In this document: positions 57,401 through 64,000 of the stretch, one piece after another | How the letters are laid out: every line of letters starts with the position of its first letter | How positions within the stretch are numbered: position 1 is the first letter of the stretch | Source: Rhynchopus sp. YZ270_cl-10 | Taxonomy: Eukaryota | DNA length: 64,000 nt | Assembly: GCA_964035575.1 (NCBI GenBank) | Contig: OZ037839.1 | Span: 1,426,001 to 1,490,000 of the forward strand | Direction: 5' to 3' | The notes under the pieces: generated by a model | The model's database searches: none | What the model saw: the letters and a program-made list of their open reading frames with translations, nothing else | Told to the model about the DNA's origin: nothing | Position numbers and translations under genes: made by a program

Positions 57401-57793
57401 CTAAACCAGGCATTTTCATAGTTCATGAAATGCTAGAGACATACATCTTAGGTACGTACGTAATACGCGGCAAATAGGTAGCAAAAATAATAAAATACAT
57501 AGTGAACTGAGGACTGAAAGGAAATAAGCAACAAGACTCTGTCATTGTATCGCATCTAATGGCAAACAACAGTTTGCACTGTATTAACTGTGCAATGATA
57601 TGCACAATATGACCTTTTACCTCCCTGGGCCCCATCTGGGGCCCTCACCACCCCCCTGGTGCGTACATACCTGTCAGCACCAGCCCCCACAACCCACAAG
57701 AACCCACCAAAAGAGTCCACCTAGGGGGACTATGGAGTCCCCCTAATCCGACACCCCAAAAGAGTAACTCCCCCCCGGGTAGACTCCACCGTG
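54478..57793. mobile_element. Long-TIR element with CACGGTGG termini and TA flanks, carrying decayed coding sequence
   Basis: Left TIR 54478-54830, right TIR 57505-57793. TA at 54476-54477 and 57794-57795. Subterminal palindromes AGTCCCCCTAGGGGGACT in variable number. Confidence 0.9.
54950..57423 (+). pseudogene. Frameshifted coding remnants inside the CACGGTG element
   Basis: GC-rich block with overlapping + strand ORFs (54700-55440, 55232-55675, 56216-56404, 56227-56871, 56648-57097) that look like one or two broken genes. No transposase motif recognised. Boundaries approximate. Confidence 0.5.
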
Positions 57794-58828
57794 TAGTGCA
57801 GATGCAGTTTTTTTTGTTCTGCGAGAGAGAAACCTGATTTTGGCTGAAATTTTGATGGAGTTTGGTTAAAACCCAACACCTCTTTTGTACCACCACTAGA
57901 CTCCACAAAATTTCATGCAAAATCAGGTGGGGGAAAAGAACACTCATCTGTCACGATTATTGTTTATTTTTGAAAACAATACCGAGCTCTCGGGTAATAC
58001 GAAATAGAAATGACGGTTGACCGAATAAGCTTAAGAGCAAGCTTTCGGATTATCTCACTACAGCTTCAGCTAGTTGCTATTCTTTTTTATTTTTATTTTA
58101 TTTTGAAGATTATCAAAAGAAAAGGGTGGCATTTTCTTTTTGCGTGTACAGAACCATTTTGTCTTCGTGACAACTTGGCAATTGTTGATACCAAAAAACA
58201 AAAAACAAAAAAAAACAAAAGCAAAAAAAAAATAAAAAAATGGTCTCAAGCGCGTGGCTTGTCTTGTGTAAGTTCGTAATGGCCTCCTTTTCTTTTATAC
58301 GTCTTTTTTTCTCCGTTTTTCCTGCTTCGAAACGAAATAAAGTAATGGAAAAACTCATAACCCTGGTTTTGTTTTCGTTTAAACAGGGAGAGCACCCGTT
58401 ACCGGGTACCGGGAATTACCGGGTAATACCTGATCCTCGGTAACTGGTGGCCATCCATGTTTAAATTACAACAAAAAAACTTCACAAACTATTCAAAACC
58501 CTGGGTTCAGTCTACACAGTTAAAATAATGCAACACTCTTTGTTGTCGCTGATGAGAGGTATGTGTCGTGCTTTTTGGAGAAACAATACACACAAAAAAA
58601 AGAGCAACACAAAAAGCAACAACGTGTCTTGTATTATATTACATTTTTACAAACCCGTTCTCAACCCCCTTCCTTGTTTTTCAAGCCTATCTAGAAGGCT
58701 GTGCACTTCTTTCGTTTTATATTATGAGTGGCGTTTCAGGTGCACATGACTATGGTGACGGGACGCAACTATGAACCACGCTCGGTCGCGGCACACTGCT
58801 TTCACTGTTGCGGAGTACTTATGTTTCT

Positions 58829-58970
58829 CCCCGGGTGATGGTGGGCAGTATATTATGAGAGCCCATATTGGAGTGCGCAAAATACATCAAAAATACATCA
58901 CAGTATTTTGATGTATTTTGCGTATTCTAGTGGGCTCTCATCAGCAATACTGCCGCCATTACCCCCGGGG
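58829..58970. repeat. ~140-bp imperfect palindrome (fold-back/MITE-like)
   Basis: CCCCGGG..GGCAGTAT..ATGAGAGCCCA..CGCAAAATACATCAAAATAC / GTATTTTGATGTATTTTGCG..TGGGCTCTCAT..ATACTGCC..CCCGGGG. Confidence 0.7.
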
Positions 58971-59955
58971 GTATGCTTTTTTTTCTGACCTGTTGATCCC
59001 TATACCTATGCTATCAATTTATTGAACGCATTCGTTGCAATAATCTTGTGACCTGCCTACATCCGATTCGGAACAAAACATCGAGGGGGGAGGGAGGGAG
59101 GGTTTTTGATAACCCCACCGGGAGCGATAGTGCCCAACGATCGGGAGGGCATTGTTTTTGCACTACACCTTTCTTCTCGTATGCCTTTTTATTTTTTTTT
59201 TGTCAAAATGAGATGCGCGCGAAATACTATTTCTGTGCTCCAGTTCCACCTCACCCCCTTTTATTTGTGTCTCTCACTCGCTAGTTTCTTGAAAAGAAAT
59301 CTTCAGATCGATTCAAATACACCCTTTTTTTTTCCAGGGATTCTTGGGGGAATTCTTAATTTTTCCTTTTTGAGATTTTCTTTTCTCAGAAATAAAAAAC
59401 TGAACTCGTTCCCTCCCCAAAGCACTATATTTCTACCTCATTTTTTTTTTTTTTTTTTTTCAAAAAAAAAAAAAAAAAAGAAAATCCGGCACTGACAACC
59501 CTACAAGGAGTAGGAGTAGGTCGACCAGTCCTCTTCATACCTTTCACAGAAACAAAGAAAAACCGTTTCCTCACGATGACTGGAACTTTGACTGGTCAAA
59601 AAAAAAATTTTTTTTTTTTTGTAAAAATTTATAGACTCTCATAGTACCAGTAAAATGACTGAAATGGGTGAGTCTCGACGACCAGTAGTTCCACCAGTTG
59701 TCCCCCTGACTTGCTTGCCGTGTCGATATAGAAAATGGTAGCTTCATTTATTCCAACAATATATAGTCAGATCCGTTAACATAACGCTATGCATACCAAG
59801 TCAAGGCGCAAACTGCACTGACGAAAAAAAAGCACGTAGAGTGGAGCGCACTCTAGTCTAGACTAGGGTGGCTACACTAATAATCATGGAAAAAAACTCC
59901 ACCAAAACTAAACAAAACAACAACAGAACAATCAGGCTGCAAAAAAAAAAATAAA

Positions 59956-60021
59956 AGTGGAGATTGCACAAACTGTGGCAACACAACCGAGGCAACTACA
60001 CTACTCCAACAATTTATCAAA
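59956..60021 (+). repeat. Representative of dispersed repeat family A (AGTGGAGATTGCACAAACTGTGGCAACACAACCGAGGCAACTACACTACTCCAACAATTTATC + A tail)
   Basis: Copies at about 30732, 30819, 42503, 52527 (partial), 62327, 63578 on +, and about 11602-11681 on -. Confidence 0.85.
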
Positions 60022-62901
60022 ACAAAACAAAAAATACAACACAACTGTCAACAACAATCCTTTTATCTTCCCTACTTTTTGTGTTTCGCAAAAAGTTAAA
60101 GTTACAAACCGATCTAAAAAAGAGTTGTGTAGAGCTCATCCTCGGATGTCTTGCACTATTACAACCAAGTTTTCAAGCCCCCTTCCTCCCCGAGAATAGA
60201 CCCTAATTACCCTACTACGGTGGGGTACCATTAGGCGATTGTCGACACAACAATAACCAAATCACCCTCTCCCCCTACACCAACATATTTTATTATTTTT
60301 TTTTTTTTTTTCCAACTTTTTTTTTTCAAAAACCTTATCCTGATTAACTCCAAACACAAAAAAAGAAAAATCCACGCCCAGTTTTTGTCAGGTGAGCAAC
60401 CATCGGGGGGAGGCTTCGGTTCATCTTACAATTTTTTTTTTGTTTTTTTTAAATCAATAATTTTTTGATATTTTTTTCCCCCCCTCTTCTGATATACAGT
60501 TAGCCACGACTAACGCGCTAATGTATGGCGCACGAATTAAATCTGCAAAAAAAAAAAAGGAGGGAAAGAGAAGAACATGGGAGAGGGCGAGGGGGTGGGG
60601 GAGGTTGCTTTCAGCCCCTGATCTCTTCTTCCCCTTCTTCTTCTTTTCTCTCCTCTCGATCTCTCTCCCATTCAAAAAAATTGGAGTTTGCCTCTCACCA
60701 ACAAGGGTTTTTAATGGCCATCTGTTTGAACAAAAAAAAATAATTCAATTTACAAACGCTATATTTTAAGCAAAAAAAGGGGTGTGTTTCAAAGAAATTT
60801 ATGTATTGCTTATTTCTCGTTTTTTCCTCTTTTCTTCCACATTATTTTTTTTGCCTAAAATTTTGATGGAGTTTTGGTGGGATTTAAACCCCTACCAACT
60901 CTAGCAAAAAATTTTCAAGTAAAAATCGAGTGGTTTTGTGTGTATGGGGAAGGTTCGGAACTATTATATGCGTTAAATGAGCGTGTATATGGTGATGACC
61001 TCCGACGTGTGAAAATTTCTTTGGGGGTGTATCCAGTATCTTATCTTCCCACTCTTTTACCTGCCCTGCGTCCGCCGATGAACGGTGAGGCGTTTGCACT
61101 TTTCAACTTCTTTTTTTTATTTATTTTTAAGTTAGTCAAGGTGGCTAAGCATGAAGAGGCTTAGAGTCACCTTTTTAACTTTTCTTTGCATGATAGTGCC
61201 TTTTTTCATCTTATTTTATTTCTTTATTTTTTTGGAGGTAGGCCCATTTTCTCAACTCCACCTCGTCTTCTTTGCGCTCTTCTGTTTTAAATTTTCGAAG
61301 TTTTTTTTCATTCCTTTATGAATCTACAGTGCGGCGCTATATTACGGGTGCGCATAATTATGGGTAAATATTGGAGTTATGGTTTTGCACAGCACATCGA
61401 CTCATCTCTCCACCCCTTGCAATGTCACTTTGGTCATGGAGCTAGAACGCAACAGCCAAAAAGACTAATGGCCTATTTAGTTTTTCCAACTTCTTTTCAA
61501 ACCCCTTTCTTCTTCGTTTTTTTATTCTTTTGTGACAACGCATGACGGGGCCAGTTGTCGGACCAAATTTTCTCTCTTTTTATTTTTTACGCACACTACT
61601 TTGTGAGCGGAAAAGTGTCAACGTCGTTCACTCACCCCAACCGTGCTCCGCAACACCACCACCCCAACAGGTGATTTTTAGTGTGTGTGGAAGCGTCAAC
61701 GCATCAAACAACTACAAGAAGGGGGGTGAGGGAACGACAAGGTGACACTTTTGTTCAGCCAGTGCCAGTTTGCACTATAACCTTCACACATTTTTTTTTT
61801 TTTTTTGGCCTCAAAGTGGTTTCCTCTTCACGGCCAAGGTAGTCAGTGGGAGCGTATTGCAGTAATAAAAATATTACCACAGAATATTTATTACAAACTT
61901 TACGCACAAACATTTTTTTCTTCATTTTTTTGTTTTGTTCTTCGCGAAAGGGTTCCCTGAAACTTGGACCCTTTGCCCAGCTCTTTATTTTATCCAGCGC
62001 CCTGTCTCCGCAAGAGGATGTTCAGTAAGGCGTTGGCACTTTCAACTTCTCTTTTGTGATGTATGTGCATGCTAGGCACATTCATCGTACAAACTTTCTT
62101 TCATATTATTTTCTCTGTGTTTTTCCCTCCTTCCTGTCTTCTTCTTCTTCTTTTCTTTTGTTACATTTTCGATAAAATGTATTGTCTCTTCATACAGTTC
62201 GGGGGGACAGTATCACACTAATCGAAAAAATGCAAAAATAAAATAAAGGGCGATCTGCGTCTACCTTCCTTTGTACGAAGGCTTCACAAAAAATAGATGC
62301 CTTTTTCGTAAACTTTTTTTTTGGAAAGTGGGAGATTGCACAACTGTGGCAACACAAAACCCGAGGGCAACTACACTATTCCCAACTATTTATCCAATTT
62401 TTTTTTAATAAAAAAACACACACAAAGCATACGTCGGAAGTGCTCTGCATCTCGAACCGGTCAAGATGCCCACAGAGAGACCCGCTTCGTAGGCCTTTTA
62501 TTCCCCCTTTTTTTTTCTTTTTCTTTTTTAAATTACTTGTTGAAGGGTTGTGAGTCGAGGAGCATCACTTACCCTAGGTTTTTTTCATTTTTTTATGAGA
62601 AAAAAAATAAACGATCTAAAAGAGTTGTGTGTATGTTTTAAAAATCAGTGTTGAGGTCAATCCCCTGAGGGATATTACCCGAAATATGTGTAAAAAGCTA
62701 GGGGCAGCAGTATTGGAAATGTACCATTGGTAAACAGTGGTATTTCATAATGATACAAGGTGAGTGACGACACCTCCCCTTTTTTTTTCCAGTTGTGTGT
62801 GAAGGCAACTTCCTTCTTTAGTTCCACCGTGCTTCATTTTCTTGGAGCTTGCGAGGACCGTACATGCACCGTTTCACAAAAAGGAATGGTAAAAAAGTTT
62901 T

Positions 62902-62943
<42 letters not shown>

Positions 62944-64000
62944 CAGTTTTGTGGGGTAGTTCCTCAGAATTCTTCAGAGCGGAATGTTTCCCCCAAAATA
63001 CGATCTTGCGATGTTTCACCCCCAAAACACCCCCCACCAAAACCCCAAACCCCAAAAAAAATGCAACAAAAGTTGTTGTTTTTTTCTTCTTTTTTTTTTT
63101 TCATCTACGCCTTCGTCTGCAGAGATTCTGGCGCAGAGGATGGGGGTTATTTTTCTTTTTTCTTTTTTTTCCATTTTCAACGAGGTGATCCAAGTCAAGA
63201 CAACTTAGGTTCACCAAAATCGTAGATTTTTATTTTTATTTCAGTTTTTTTTTTATTATGCAGTAGTCCAGATATGGCTTTAGAAAAAGTCGTCAAATTA
63301 CCGTTAACATTCCCATAACTCTTCCAAAGTTTATTTGGACGCGTTATGTTGGACTACTGCAGTAGCCTATGTCCGTCTGTTGGTGTTGCGCAAAACCAAC
63401 TCTATCCAAAGAACCCTGTCCTACCTCACCAGGAAGGTTCCCTTCTCCATCTTGTGGCGTCCGTTTTATTTTTTTGTTTTTGGGGCAAAAAAAAAGAAAC
63501 AGAGTCTGGTCTGGAGTGATATAAAAAAAAAGTCTGGTTAGTAAGAGTGTAGACTAAAAATGGTGAGTAGAAAAAGAAAGTGGAGACTGTACAAATTGTG
63601 GCAACACAAAACCCGAGGGCAACTACACTATGTGCCGTTTTACCCATGACACAACTGGGCACAACTAGCACCCTACTCACCTGAGCTGTGCCTATATTAG
63701 GCACAATTTCAGCACAATTGCACTCCAACAATTTATGGAAAAAACACATCATAAGCATATTAGCCTTCAGTCTACACTCATGCCGTAAATAGGTTGGTAT
63801 TTCTTTTATTATTTTGCATTGTTGAAAAATGCCAAAAGGTCTAACATATTTAACGCTCACGGTATAACCACGTTTTTTTTAAATAATGACGTCAGTGGCA
63901 CGCTGCGTTCGGCGGCGAAAAAACGGGAGGAAAAAAAAAGAAGTTTGTTTTTCAATAGGCAAACTGCATCGTTCTCAACAAAGATCGGCAAGTTAAACCC

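Noticed and set aside
47300..64000. Numerous short F/K-rich ORFs in the distal region
   Set aside because: Products of poly-T/poly-A tracts in non-coding, repeat-rich DNA.

Overview
Eukaryotic DNA, most consistent with a euglenozoan (diplonemid-like) protist. This is inferred from the long, essentially intronless genes all on the + strand, the polypyrimidine/AG tracts before start codons, and the AT-rich, homopolymer-rich spacers. Host genes are a pseudo-nucleotide-cyclase / cyclic-nucleotide-gated channel fusion, a ubiquitin-like + TPR protein, two paralogous secreted CUB-like-repeat + WD40 proteins (5 and 13 repeats) and two hypothetical proteins. The spacers are packed with TIR transposons and MITEs whose target-site duplications can be read directly (hAT-type 8 bp, MULE-type 9 bp, TA), and with short strand-biased hairpin repeats. 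The most notable item is a 4.66-kb two-gene DNA transposon (24132-28790) with ~335-bp TIRs that start with the RSS-heptamer-like CACTGTG and are flanked by TA. It encodes an intact 524-aa protein carrying the ordered motifs of the RAG1-core/Transib transposase, plus a spliced partner gene that looks like a winged helix + HSP20-like fold rather than RAG2. A second TA-flanked element with CACGGTG ends lies at 54478-57793. All family assignments come from motif recognition by eye; no searches were run.
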